A stretch of DNA of 20,616 bases from Paraspadella gotoi (lineage: Eukaryota; Animalia; Chaetognatha): assembly GCA_051294375.1 (NCBI GenBank), contig JBJCIZ010000235.1, forward strand, positions 1 through 20,616, given 5' to 3'. The translations under genes were made by a program, and so were the position numbers. The first letter of the stretch is position 1, and each line of letters opens with the position of its first letter. Below the pieces are notes generated by a model that had not been told where the DNA came from, searched no databases, and was given only the letters and a program-made list of their open reading frames with translations. Shown here one piece after another: positions 1 through 9,360 of this stretch.

Positions 1-953
1 TGGTGCGTCTATGCACAACTCGAGGCTTGTTGCCGTCCATCGGATCCACTAAAAAGTCATCTCCCTCTTTTTTCAGAATCGTAGCTATTTCGTAGCATGT
101 AGTGTAAAGATTTAAACTGACTTTAAAGTCAACTTCGTTGTTTCCTTGTTGCATTGCAAACTTTATTAATGAGGTTCTCAATCCTGATGTCCTTTTCTCT
201 CAGATGGGCGTCGTCGGTTCCATCCGGCGTCGGCGTGATTCCATCCGGTTTCTCATGGTTTCTCTCTCAGTTCCATTTTCTCAACTAAATTTGAATGCGA
301 CGCCCGGAAATGGGCGCTGGTGTAGCCAATGGTCGTCTTCAGCTTCTCCATAATGCTTTTCTCGAATTCTTTCCCCAAATCAGCGCGATTCGTCTTCAGC
401 GCCGTCGGTTCCACAAGCTCGGCACCATAGGGACAAGCCACGATACAAATTATTGGTGAGAATATTGGAAACTTGAATGATATAATTCGTCTGCAATATA
501 CACAATAATATTACAGTTGGCGGCGAAAGCGCGCGTTTCATGACGGCGCCGCCCGTCAATGACGCCGGTTGTGGGCGTGGCTGTAGATCTTTTTCCAATT
601 CATACGCCGGAAGATTCCGGTTGATCAATCTGCAATTTAAGAAATCGTCCTTTGATTCCGGGCGCGTTTCTCCATTAGCTTGCGGTCTGAGCTCGCGGGC
701 AATGGAACCAATGCGGGAAATGCCGTTTGCTGCAGTGCTGCTGCGTTGCTTGCTGCGGCTTCCTGTTGGCGGCGTTGATGACGTGGAGCCACATGAGGCG
801 CTCTCGGAACACTTTCATCTCTTCGTCTTTTGACGAGCGGAGTGAAAAGGCGGCGGCGTCTCTCGCCTTGCGGTAAACTTCAATTCCTCTTTTTAATTTT
901 CTCTTCAAGGATCGTCTTTTGTTTCAATACATCGCTTTTGTCGCGTCCGCCAT
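1..953 (-). pseudogene. Decayed orphan ORF inside the PBS-bearing GC-rich block; runs off the window end
   Basis: AAAATGGCG start at 953; frame MADATKAMY*NKRRSLKRKLKRGIEVYRKARD... continues through scattered stops (TGA 924-926, TAA 675-677); the last ~160 nt are open as FAMQQGNNEVDFKVSLNLYTTCYEIATILKKEGDDFLVDPMDGNKPRVVHRRT. Product not recognised. Confidence 0.4.
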
Positions 954-1059
954 TTTGATCTGCGTCTATTGGGGCGTGACGAGAATAACAGAAACTGAGG
1001 GTGGAGACGCCGAATTTTCGTCTGAAGAAGTCAGTGGAACTGGCCTCATGGGCTTCTCG

Positions 1060-1860
1060 TTTTAGTTTCTTTTATCTCCAGGGACAGTCGTCGGAAGGGA
1101 CCGGAAGTGGGCGCGGCCTTGGCGCGAGACGTTGGGAATCCTCCTTTAGTCTCTTTATCTCCGGAGGCGGCGTCGAATCGAGCCGCAAGAGGGCGTGGCC
1201 TTATGTCGGAAGAGAAGAAATTTAAAAAAATCCTTATTTTTCAGTCTATTTATCTCCGGGAGGCCGGCGTCGAAAAGTGAGCGGAAATGGGCGTGTGCGG
1301 GCGTCTCGGGCGGGCGGCGGAACGGAAGCTTCCAGTAGAGAGAGACGCTCCAAAAGAAGTGACGAATCGCCGAAAGTTGGCGCTTTTTATCTCCAGGGGA
1401 TGGGCGTCGAAAGGACCGGGAACGGGCGTCGGAAACGGGCGTCGGAGAGAGAGAAAGCAAAAAAAGATCAAATTCTCTCTCTTTTTTCTCGGTAGTGGCG
1501 TCGAATCGGACCGGCAGGGTCGCGGCCTTCGCCGTGAAAGAGAGAGTAAAAAAAAAATCCTCGAATTTCTCTCTTTTCCTTTCTTCTGGGGGCGGCGTCG
1601 ACCAGGACCGGAAGTGGCCGCTGATTAGCGCGGAAGAGAGAAATAAAAAAATCCTCGAATTTCTCTCTTTCTTTTTCGGGGGCGGTCGTCGAACGGCGGA
1701 ATAGCGCTGGGGTTAGCGCGAGACGTCGGACGAAATGATTGAAGCGAAACAAATGAAAAAAAAATCCTCAACTCCTTTTCCTCTTTTAGTCCTCGGGGCG
1801 GCGTCGGATCGGACCGAAAGGGGCGTAGCCTTTGGCGTGAGGCGTCGGCAGGTCGGCACG
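1060..1860. repeat. Degenerate tandem array of ~8 units (~80-135 bp) alternating a GC core with A/T tracts
   Basis: Core GGCGTCGAA..GGACCGGAA..GGGCGTGGCC recurs near 1089, 1168, 1266, 1403, 1497, 1594, 1685 and 1800; linkers such as TTTATCTCC and AAAAAAATCCTCGAATTTCTCTCTTT recur. Confidence 0.85.
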
Positions 1861-1943
1861 TCGCGGCGTGTTTGTTGTTGCCGTTTGCGTCTCCAAACTT
1901 CTCCACTCTCACGCCGCTGTAAATTGTCGCGAATCGCCTCACC

Positions 1944-2090
1944 AAATCCGTTAAATCCGGGAATGGATTTATTTTTCAAGGTGGACTCGTTATTTTTTTT
2001 TCTCTCTCTCAGAGTGTGAAGAGTTAGCCATATATTTTCTTCGGGCCTCGCTAAATCCGTTAGATCCGAGAATGGATTTATTTTTCAAAG
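1944..2090 (+). repeat. ~37-bp direct repeat pair
   Basis: AAATCCGTTAAATCCGGGAATGGATTTATTTTTCAAG at ~1944 and AAATCCGTTAGATCCGAGAATGGATTTATTTTTCAAAG at ~2053. Confidence 0.9.
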
Positions 2091-2115
2091 TTTTTCAAAG
2101 GGAAAAGAATTCACT

Positions 2116-2269
2116 TCGGCCGACAACTGTCGGGGCTATTAGTCAGATGTCCGCATTCCTCCGCTAATGGGCAATTCTTCAGATGTCGGACTTCCCCAGC
2201 CAAAAGATCTCGCCTCGGCCGACAACTGTTGGGGCTATTCGTCAGATGTCGGCATTCCTCCGCTAATGA
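2116..2269 (+). repeat. ~53-bp direct repeat pair with an internal CAGATGTCGG subrepeat
   Basis: TCGGCCGACAACTGTYGGGGCTATTMGTCAGATGTCSGCATTCCTCCGCTAATG at ~2116 and ~2215; a third CAGATGTCGG at ~2180. Confidence 0.9.
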
Positions 2270-2543
2270 GTCATTCCCTTTTTCACTTTCTAGTAAGTGA
2301 TTTTTTTTTGAAAAAAAAAAGGGCTCGTCCCAGGGTTCGAACATCGGCTGTCGAGATAAGGAGAAAATAAATTCGCCCAGGGGGGGGGGGTGACTGATGA
2401 CTCAGCGGAGAATTCGAAAATGTTAAAATAATTTAACAACGAATTTGGCGACGTAGAGAAACAACTGGATCTCGAAAGTTAAGAAAGAGAGAGATTTTTT
2501 TCAAATTTAGGTACGACCGACCTCAAGTTCTATTTTTTTCTCT

Positions 2544-2788
2544 CTAATTCTTTTTAGGCTGCGGTTTCGACGGCGGCGGCGCCGGTTTCTTCAAATTCTT
2601 TCTCTGCGTGGCGTAGACGGGCGGCGGGGTGATGACGAGCTTCCCGTCTCTGATCTCGGTGGGGATCTTGACCGTCTTCCCGTTCTTCTTCATGATTCCG
2701 TCGGTTCCCCTCAGAGTTTCTCTATATTGCCTCAATCGGTCGGCGGATCAATGTAGAGATTAACCCTCACGATCCTCGAATCGAGCAT
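2544..2788 (-). CDS. Small basic Lys/Pro-rich orphan ORF (probably one frameshift near 2745)
   Basis: RQYRETLRGTDGIMKKNGKTVKIPTEIRDGKLVITPPPVYATQRKNLKKPAPPPSKPQPKKN* has a long run of G/C-ending codons (AAG AAC GGG AAG ACG GTC AAG ATC CCC ACC GAG ATC); an upstream ATG at 2788 (MLDSRIVRVNLYIDP) is in another frame. Confidence 0.45.
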
Positions 2789-3087
2789 TCGACACGATGT
2801 GGCGTCAGCCGGGCGGGCGGCGGGGGACAAAAGCAAAGATGGGCGTGGCAACAAGCGTCAACGAGACCGGAAATGCTCTCGGCGGCACGGACAAGCGTCA
2901 ACGGGACCGGAAACGGCGCGGGCGGCTCGGACGGACTTCTGCGAGACCTAACATGGGCTTGGCGTCTTAAATGGGGGCCGGCGGGTACGACGATGGAACC
3001 GGAAACTGGCGTGGCGCCTCCTGGTTGGATGTGGTGGCGTGGCCGTGCGCTAAATGAGCGTCTTTACCGGCTCTCCTGCTTAGGCCT

Positions 3088-3320
3088 GGTCGGCCTCCTT
3101 GTTCTCCTTGGGTCGGTCCTGGTTGGCCTCCTCGTCTCCTTGGGTTGGTCCTGGTTGGCCTCCTCGTCTCCTTGGGTTGGACCAGGTTGGCCTCCTCGTC
3201 TCCTTGGGTTGGTCCTAGTCAATCTCCTCGTCACTCCGGACGTTTCGTCGGCCTCCGCACGCATGCGTTCCGGTCGGCCTCCAGTCTCCTTAGACCGTTC
3301 CGTCAGCCTCCACGTCCTCT
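3088..3320. repeat. 32-bp minisatellite (4 good copies, then degenerate copies)
   Basis: Unit GGTTGGCCTCCTCGTCTCCTTGGGTTGGTCCT at 3121, 3153, 3185, a variant at 3088, and decayed GTCGGCCTCC units to ~3320. Confidence 0.95.
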
Positions 3321-3715
3321 GGGCCGTCTCCTGGTACTCAGGGAGGAAGGTTTCGGTTAAGCGTCCCTCTTCCTAACGGCTACCCGCTTTCTATTCTTTC
3401 GGTTTATTTTTTGGTATAGGAGGCGTAGGGGGGAGGAGAAAGAGGAAGGGAAGAGAGAAAGAAGAGAGAAGTTAGGAAGTCGACGGGAAAGGGCGGGAAG
3501 AGAGAAAAAAATTCGAAAGTCGAAGGAAAAAAGAGAGAAAAAAAAGGTTTTGAAAAAATATTGAAATTTGGAAATTTTTGGAGGAGAAAAAAAGTTTTGG
3601 AGTCGAAACAAAAGAGAGAAAAAAGCTACGGAGTTGAAATTTCGAGGAAAAAAGGAATTTTTGTTGAAATTAGAATAGTATAAAGAGATCCAGGCGGATC
3701 GTGGTTGGAGAACAA

Positions 3716-3733
3716 GTCCCACATTGGGCGCCA
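3716..3733 (-). promoter_or_regulatory. Primer binding site complementary to tRNA-Lys(CUU)
   Basis: Minus strand TGGCGCCCAATGTGGGAC matches the canonical Lys1,2 PBS TGGCGCCCAACGTGGGGC at 16/18; preceded by ...TTTCA plus a 3-nt linker. Confidence 0.8.
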
Positions 3734-3736
3734 CCC

Positions 3737-4023
3737 TGAAATAAGACTCTGGCTAAAGTAAAACACGAGAGGTAGTGGTGAAGCGTATGTAATGAAAAAA
3801 AACGAACACGAAAAATAATAAAAATTACAGAGGAACGTGAAATAGGTCTTTAACGGGAGGAGAGAGAAAGTGGGAAGTGAAACTAGAATGGAAAAATCTC
3901 GTGCTGCGGCGAAACCCCCGATCGAAAAGAGAAGGAAGCGGAAATGGAGAGGGGGAGAAGATCTTCGCGTCGCCTCCTCCTCCTCACGGCCTCTGCTGCT
4001 GCAGCTACTGATTCGTCCGAAAA

Positions 4024-4059
<36 letters not shown>

Positions 4060-4075
4060 GTTTTTCTTTAAAAAA
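3737..4075 (-). mobile_element. Putative 5'-truncated LTR upstream of the tRNA-Lys PBS
   Basis: Ends in CA 3 nt before the PBS; contains a (GA)n tract (4027-4057); no TG start visible, and a different repeat begins at ~4086. Confidence 0.55.
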
Positions 4076-4085
4076 AAGTTGAATT

Positions 4086-4787
4086 AGGTTTTTTCCATTT
4101 AAACTCATTTCCACTGGCACAATTCCGTCAAAACTTTATATCTAGCTGATTAATGAATTATTGATTAATTAATTGACTAATTGATTAATTAACTGATTAA
4201 TTATTTGATTTATTAATACATCCTGCATATACATTTAATATAAAAGGAAAAAGAAGCATAATCAATGTAGTGAAACAGGTTTTTGTTTTCTTTCATTTAA
4301 ACTCATTTCCACTCTAACGATTCCATCGAAACTTGATTTCCTGTTCAATCACACACTTTCCTACCCACATATAAAATTCCAGGCCAATCGCCCCATCCAC
4401 TCATGAGCAATTGGTGTTCAAATAGTGAAATATATTTTTTTGTTTTTTCCATTTAAACTCATTTCCACTCGGACGATTCCATCGAAACTTTATATCCAGC
4501 TCAATCACATACTTCCCTACCCACACACAAAATTTCATTCTAATCCATCCATGCAATCACGAGTAATTGGTGTTTTTTGCTAAGGTGGGACGGATGGACA
4601 GACGGACGGACGGACGGACGGACGGATGGACATCAATTTTTTTGCATAATTTATCATAATTCGATGTTCTGACATGATATTAGTTAGTGCCCGACAATAT
4701 TGAGGGGGCGGACCGACGGACCGACAAAGTGAATTATTATTATTATCCGACTAAAAACAAGCACAATTTGTTGTAATAGCTTGATAA
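4086..4787 (+). mobile_element. Helentron/HINE (DINE-like) non-autonomous repeat fragments
   Basis: Three copies of CATTTAAACTCATTTCCACT (4096, 4294, 4450); AAAATTTCA...AATCC core followed by a (GGAC)n microsatellite at ~4589-4631; GACCGACGGACCGACAAAGTG...CGACTAAAAA end motif at ~4711-4757. Family assignment from recalled architecture only. Confidence 0.55.
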
Positions 4788-5305
4788 AATGTTTTTTTAA
4801 ATATGAAAAATGATAAATAAAAAATGTTTTCAGCTTGATATAAACAGTCTAGATGTCTATCTTGTTCTCTGTGGAAAAAAAATCGTCATTTTTCTTTATC
4901 TTTAACTGCAAACAAAAAGCTTGACACACTGCTTGTTTATTATTATAAAATTGTAAAAAATTACATAGCTGGCGACATATTTGACAAAGAAAGACATTAT
5001 TGTCTTTATTTGTATTGATAATTTTCTTTTAAATATACTAGGAATTTAATTATATTATTTATCATCCATTTTAATTCAGAAAAAAAATTAAGCGGAATAG
5101 CCAATAAGAAAGGGTTCATTGACTGACTTAATGATCGAATTTTTTAGGTTTCTTTACTGCCCCCATTTCACAAGACATAAAATGTCATGATTATCGTGCC
5201 AGTATGTCCAGATTATCTATACCCATTTTGCAACCTGCATTCTGAATTTTATTTTTTTCCCTTTCAAATGTATTAAATAAAAAAAATTATTTAGAGAACG
5301 ATCAG

Positions 5306-5663
5306 TGTGGAGGATGCTATTGGTAAGCCTTAGTTACCCCACTTCCCAATGGAATCATCGCAGAGGAATCAAGACTCCAAAATCGAAATCGGATCGGCGA
5401 CGCGAGCAAACTCCGCCGGAAGTAGAATGGAACATTCTCATTGGTTGAAAGACAAATGGCATCGGCCAATGGGCAGATGGGCTTCTTTCCGGCCGTAAAC
5501 TTTACCCTTACCTCCGATCCGATTGCAGTGTATAAATAGGAACCCAACTTGTATTGATTTACTCTGCCTCAAGAATTGACACCGTCTTGTATATATTGTC
5601 TTAATTCTGAAGAAATAAAATCCACTTTGGTTTCGCCTAGAAATCCCTGTCTATTTTCTTAAA
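5306..5663 (+). mobile_element. LTR-like sequence
   Basis: GC-richer island starting TGTGGAGG; CCAAT boxes (~5440, ~5467), TATAAAT 5531-5537, AATAAA 5614-5619; immediately followed by a tRNA-Leu-complementary site. The canonical terminal CA is absent. Confidence 0.6.
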
Positions 5664-5665
5664 TG

Positions 5666-5698
5666 TGGTGACAGGAGTGGATTCGACACACCACGTCT
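5666..5698 (-). pseudogene. tRNA-Leu(CAG)-like 3' fragment including CCA (reads as an extended PBS on +)
   Basis: Plus strand TGGTGACAGGAGTGGATTCGACACACCACGTCT versus the complement of the metazoan tRNA-Leu(CAG) 3' end TGGTGTCAGGAGTGGGATTCGAACCCACGCCT. Confidence 0.7.
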
Positions 5699-6282
5699 AT
5701 TTACTATTGTCTATTTACTTAAATGGAATTTTTAAACGAGGTTTTTTTTCCATCTATTCGAGACATAATACTAACTATTGGTTATATTAATTTTATATTG
5801 CTTACATGATATTTTGCGTAATCAGAGAAACGTTTAGCGTGTCAAAAAATATGGAAAAAAAAGAGTAAAACGTTCTGACAAAATAAAAAAAATTATAGAG
5901 GAATCTACATAGAGTCGAAAAATTTATGTATTATTTTTTTAAAAATATTATTATTTGTAAATATTAAAAACTTTATTTTCTTTTAATTTCAACTGCAATG
6001 AAACAAGTCAAAACAATTTTTACATTCTTTTTTTAGGATCAAATTCATCAAGCTATTGCAAAGAATGCTTAGCGGGTAGCTACTCTCCAAAATCCAGATC
6101 TCCCAACTGTTTGCCTTGTTTGGTAATAGAATATGACCCAGTTATATATTACTTAATTTTTTTTAAAAAGTACCTTAATTTAAGGTAGCAGTAGCCGACC
6201 AAATTCAAATTTTAATGGGTACAGAATTAAACTAATCCATTATTGGTATTAATTATTGTGTTAAAATATTTTTTTGCAAAAA

Positions 6283-6619
6283 TGTTCCGAACCAACGCAG
6301 AGAATGGATTATCTAGTGGCTTGTCTCTCTTGGCTTCTCCGTCTTTTCTTCTGATTGACCAATCAGAGAGGAGGCTTCCCTCAGGAAACCGACAGCAGAG
6401 AAACGAGAGAGGGAACGAGATCACTCTTCAACTTACCTTCAAGAAACAAACATCAAACTCCTTATGGACTATTTGTTATATTGTTTATTGCCTGCCATTT
6501 CTCTGCATAATCTACATATTTTGTATGTTAATTATCATCATCCCGAAGTGTTCTTATGTCAATAAAACTCCTCCTATTTCTCCCTTAATAAACCACGCCT
6601 GCTGCCTTCGTTGGAACCA
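6283..6619 (+). mobile_element. Solo-LTR-like element with imperfect terminal inverted repeats
   Basis: Starts TGTTCCGAACCAACGCAG; reverse complement of its end is TGGTTCCAACGAAGGCAG; TG...CA termini; internal palindrome CTGATTGACCAATCAG (6351-6366); two AATAAA near the 3' end. No clear TSD. Confidence 0.55.
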
Positions 6620-6801
6620 TGAGTAATTTGCTAATTAATATTATTATATTGCTATATAATGTCAAAAACTTTTTTTGGATATTTTAAGTTTTTTAATAGA
6701 TTCTGATAGAGCTTAAAAAGTTAAGCAAAAAATATAATTACAACGTTTTAAAATTTTGATGTTTTATTACTAAAAATTAATAAAAACTGCTAAAATCATC
6801 G

Positions 6802-6822
6802 GATGATGATGATGATGATGAT
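6802..6822 (+). repeat. (GAT)n microsatellite
   Basis: GATGATGATGATGATGATGAT directly visible. Confidence 0.95.
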
Positions 6823-6918
6823 TCTTTTAACGTCATCGCAAGCACTAATAATTTAATATAAAGTTATATTTTCATCATGGAGAAAAGTGCATTTAACAAA
6901 CGAATTTTTTTTTTTTTT

Positions 6919-6958
6919 CCAAATATTTCGACTTATGTTGCTAAGTCATCATCAGTGG
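6919..6958 (-). ncRNA. Minimal type I hammerhead ribozyme in a PLE 3' end
   Basis: Minus strand CCA-CUGAUGA-U-GACUUA-gcaaca-UAAGUC-GAAA-UAUU-UGG: full core, perfect 6-bp stem II, 3-bp stem I, palindromic AUAU stem III, AUU cleavage triplet; ~200 nt downstream of a PLE ORF stop. Confidence 0.85.
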
Positions 6959-7014
6959 CAGAAAGTGAAAAACCGAGAAAAATGATTTGTTTAAAAGAGT
7001 ATAGAGAGAAAGGG

Positions 7015-7018
<4 letters not shown>

Positions 7019-7052
<34 letters not shown>
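7019..7052 (+). repeat. (GA)n microsatellite within the PLE 3' UTR
   Basis: Directly visible GA run. Confidence 0.95.
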
Positions 7053-7056
<4 letters not shown>

Positions 7057-7157
7057 AATGACCTTGGTAGGAATAGGCAGTAGTCATTAAAAAACACCAT
7101 CAGTGAATTTTGACCAAAGACCCAAATAAATTGGGTAGCCCCCCCCCCTGCCTTCTG

Positions 7158-7375
7158 TCAGTTCAGTTCATGGAAGACGGGGTTCCAAGCATCGGTTTTT
7201 ATGTAGGCCCCCCAGTCCTCGTTGAGTCCCTCTCCTGGGCCGCTGCTGTGCCGTCTGATTTCCAAAGCTTCACGAATTTTGGTATCATAAATAAGTTTTT
7301 TTTTGTTTTTTCCGGACATTGTCTTGACCACGGTGGCGTTCGTAAAATCCGGTGTAAGGTGGCAGTGATTTTTTA
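7158..7375 (-). mobile_element. Penelope-like element, C-terminus of the GIY-YIG endonuclease (5'-truncated copy)
   Basis: HCHLTPDFTNATVV...KIREALEIRRH...GLNEDWG..IKTDAWNPVF matches the PLE pattern DF....V...R.IREA.EI.....LN.D.G.....W.P; hammerhead downstream on the same strand. Confidence 0.85.
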
Positions 7376-7749
7376 AGGTTTTTCTCAATTTAAACCCACT
7401 TATCATCAAAATATTGAAAAAAGAATTATAATTTGTGCAAATAACTTTTCATAAGCTATTTGAATCTGCTTTTAAAAAATAAAAAATTCAAAAAAATATT
7501 TTTTGACATTTCCTATCTATACATAAATATTAAAAAATTAATTACTAATGCTTCTTGCCATTTTAGAAAATTTTGCTCCATTGAAAGTTTTCTCAGAAAT
7601 GTATGAAGTTTCATTTGGAAAGGTTCCCAAATCAAACTTCTGACCCACCCCATTGACGAAGTTTGGCTCTACCTTAAATGCAAGTTTTTAATCAAAAGGA
7701 TTTAAAAGATTTGAGAATTCTTCTAATAACTTTTAGTAATTGATATTTA

Positions 7750-7816
7750 GGACTAAGCTCTGACTAAAAAGTCAGAGGTTTTTTTGATATATTCTTTTCC
7801 CGGCCAATGTAGAATA
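7750..7816 (+). mobile_element. Partial copy of the MITE family at 14440-14676
   Basis: GGACTAAGCTCTGACTAAAAAGTCAGAGGTTTT...TATTCTTTTCCCGGCCAATGTAGAAT aligns to the 5' end of the 14440 copy. Confidence 0.85.
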
Positions 7817-8935
7817 GAGTTACCCAAATTTTTAATTACACCAGATGAAGGGTCACGACTCATTTTATTTGGTTCTTTTTTGTCTGTAGAAGACATTGGG
7901 ACTGATAAACCTGAAAAAACATGACCGGAAAGGAACTCTGCAGAGTTTCCAAGTGATCGAGTACTTTTGCGGTTTTTCTTTGATCATAATTTTATATGTG
8001 AAATTAATTTAAAGTATTTCTTTAATAAAATAATGATTAAATCAATACTTCATTTAATTTTGAAATATATTTTTGATGTAGACTTTATATTTTTTATTAA
8101 ACTTTTTATTTTTAATAAATTTTATTAATAATATAATATTATATAATATAACAATATAAAGATGATCATTAGTTTTTTGATAAAATACTTACTAAAAGTT
8201 ATTCCTAAATTTTGTGAAGAATAAATATTAAAAGAATAATATTTAGCAGTACTTACTGAAAAAAAAATAAAATTCTCAATATTAAACTTTAAAAACTAAA
8301 AGAAAATAGAAAATGATTACAATTTCTAATTATATTCTCCATAACTTTTTAAAATTTTTGAGCTCTTTTTGGCTTAAATTTGCGCCTTTATTACAAGAGA
8401 ACTGTCAAATTTAGATTAAAACCATCAATATTTTCAGAATCTGCTGAGTCTTTGCTTTTAGTAAATATCAAAAGTGGCTGACAAAAGTGATTGGAAAATG
8501 GCCCAATTATTACTTTTGTGCCATGAGTAATTTTTTTTCTCCAAGAAATTGTAAACTTTTATTGTTTTTAAAACAGATTCAAATCTAAAATAGTATTTCA
8601 TAAAAAATTTCAAGTAAAAATTTTGAATCTACTTGATCTTGCCTTTTATTAGATAGCTAGATTGCATATATTATTGATCAAGTAATGTTTTGTGAATATG
8701 TATCAAACATAATAAACTAAGGGGAAAAATATTATATTTAATTAGTATAGCATTAGTATAGATAGCCAAGATAAATAAGAAGTATATGTAAAAATTTATT
8801 CTGGAAATAGTTAGGTAAACAAAGCTTTTCTTCCTTCTGTTTAGATATTTTGACTCTATCGTGGAGATTTTAGTGATGACCCTGAATGAGAGTGATGTTG
8901 TTTGTCAGAAAGTAAATTAGGATCCGGTAGAAGGC

Positions 8936-9124
8936 TTGCTGCATTAGCGCAGAGTATAAATACAAGAAATAATAAAAGACATCTTGTGCCCTCCTAATTT
9001 TTCGAAACACATGTAAAACTATTCCTTAAAAGCAAAAAATTTAAAATTCGCTTGGCCAATTTTCCCGTTCTATCGATTTTATAATGCGATTAGATGCAAA
9101 AAAATTGGAAAAAATAGCAAATTT
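8936..9124 (+). repeat. Interspersed repeat; diverged inverted copy at 13474-13663
   Basis: AATTTTCCCGTTCTATCGATTTTATAA (9058-9084) is the exact reverse complement of 13515-13541; flanks align with substitutions. Confidence 0.85.
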
Positions 9125-9323
9125 AAAAATAAAATAAAAATGGTTAGTATTATTAATTTATATAAAATATAGCTAAATCCAAGTATTTAAAACTCTTTTC
9201 AACTATATAAATATAAAAAACTTGTATTAAATAATGTTTAAATATTATTAAAAAATTGTATTTTTTGGGGAAAAATATACAAAAATTCAAATAATAGGAA
9301 AAATGAATAATCAAATAGTTTTA

Positions 9324-9348
9324 NNNNNNNNNNNNNNNNNNNNNNNNN
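9324..9348. other. Assembly gap (25 N)
   Basis: Run of 25 N. Confidence 1.
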
Positions 9349-9360
9349 AAGAGAAGAGGA

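Noticed and set aside
1022-1050. CTGAAGA followed by a hairpin (GTCAGT/ACTGGC): hammerhead candidate
   Set aside because: No GAAA after the stem and no stem I/III partner.
2322-2348. GGTTCGAAC B-box / tRNA-like motif
   Set aside because: No A-box or cloverleaf on either strand.
1001-2370. Many overlapping 67-113 aa ORFs
   Set aside because: Products of the GC-rich repeat array; low-complexity translations on both strands.
2395-2425. CTGATGA...GAAA hammerhead candidate
   Set aside because: The only stem (CTC/GAG) is not adjacent to GAAA and no stem I can form.
3088-3216. 32-bp repeats as a CRISPR array
   Set aside because: Units are head-to-tail with no unique spacers, no cas genes, and the context is eukaryotic.
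2873-3376. 167-aa plus-strand hydrophobic ORF and overlapping ORFs
   Set aside because: Openness is explained by the stop-poor 32-bp minisatellite; the repeat is not in codon phase.
4758-6070. Similar inverted ~25-bp motifs (AAGC...AATAGCTTGAT at 4759-4786; ATCAAGCTATTGC at ~6047) as TIRs of a larger element
   Set aside because: Match is short and imperfect with no TSD; equally explained by two repeat termini.
6243-6626. 127-aa ORF
   Set aside because: Coincides with the solo-LTR-like element; non-ATG start and no protein-like motifs.
7545-7670. Possible minus-strand host exon (MGWVRSLIWEPFQMKLHTFLRKLSMEQNFLKWQEAL)
   Set aside because: Two frames are open, no recognisable protein and no connectable neighbouring exons; needs RNA-seq.
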